DNA of 64,000 nucleotides from a bacterium (GTDB lineage Bacteria; Patescibacteriota; Minisyncoccia; Minisyncoccales; CG1-02-41-26): NCBI GenBank assembly GCA_030603395.1, contig JAUVXX010000004.1, positions 3,597 to 67,596 of the forward strand, read 5' to 3'. Shown piece by piece: positions 63,953 to 64,000 of this stretch (position 1 is its first letter; each line of letters starts with the position of its first letter). The notes under the pieces were generated by a model. It saw only the letters and a program-made list of their open reading frames with translations, ran no database searches and was not told where the DNA came from. The position numbers and the translations under genes were made by a program.

Positions 63953-64000
63953 AGGTGGGCCCCTTTCTTTAAAAGAAAGGTGTCCAACCGCCAAAGAATC

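Overview
The window looks like a small, AT-rich, tightly packed bacterial genome. Several traits fit a Patescibacteria/CPR-like organism: truncated aminoacyl-tRNA synthetases, K/E-rich tails on ribosomal proteins, and many genes without a Shine-Dalgarno sequence. That placement is an inference from this window only.

Bases 1 to about 19810 are the right-hand part of an integrated phage. It carries scaffold-like and capsid-like genes, fibre proteins, a 1485-aa virion protein, small coupled genes, a T7-lysozyme-type amidase, a tyrosine integrase and a Cas4-like nuclease. It is visibly more GC-rich than the host genes.

The rest is housekeeping: murA, two mreB paralogs, holB, frr, rseP, proS, gatCAB, pheST, gyrB, secE-nusG-rplK, miaA/miaB, thrS, dnaE, rnhB, rpmF, nusB, rnc, rpsP, trmD, rpmG, ychF and six tRNAs. 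Several insertions without obvious annotation interrupt it.

The signals most worth follow-up are:
1. A roughly 110-135 nt structured RNA motif present twice with compensatory helix changes. One copy ends exactly at a tRNA 5' end; the other is the nusG leader.
2. A dcd / soluble MtrA-like (corrinoid-type) / divergent ThyA-like / deoC cluster sitting where rplA would be expected.
3. J-domain and R-S-ExE ADP-ribosyltransferase-like modules embedded in the giant phage protein.
4. A GC-rich island next to tRNA-Asp, encoding a Cys-rich protein and a radical SAM enzyme under a duplicated promoter.
5. A 2.2-kb hairpin-dense island that splits the conserved rpsP-KH-trmD cluster.

All calls come from reading the sequence and ORF translations. 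No database search was run.
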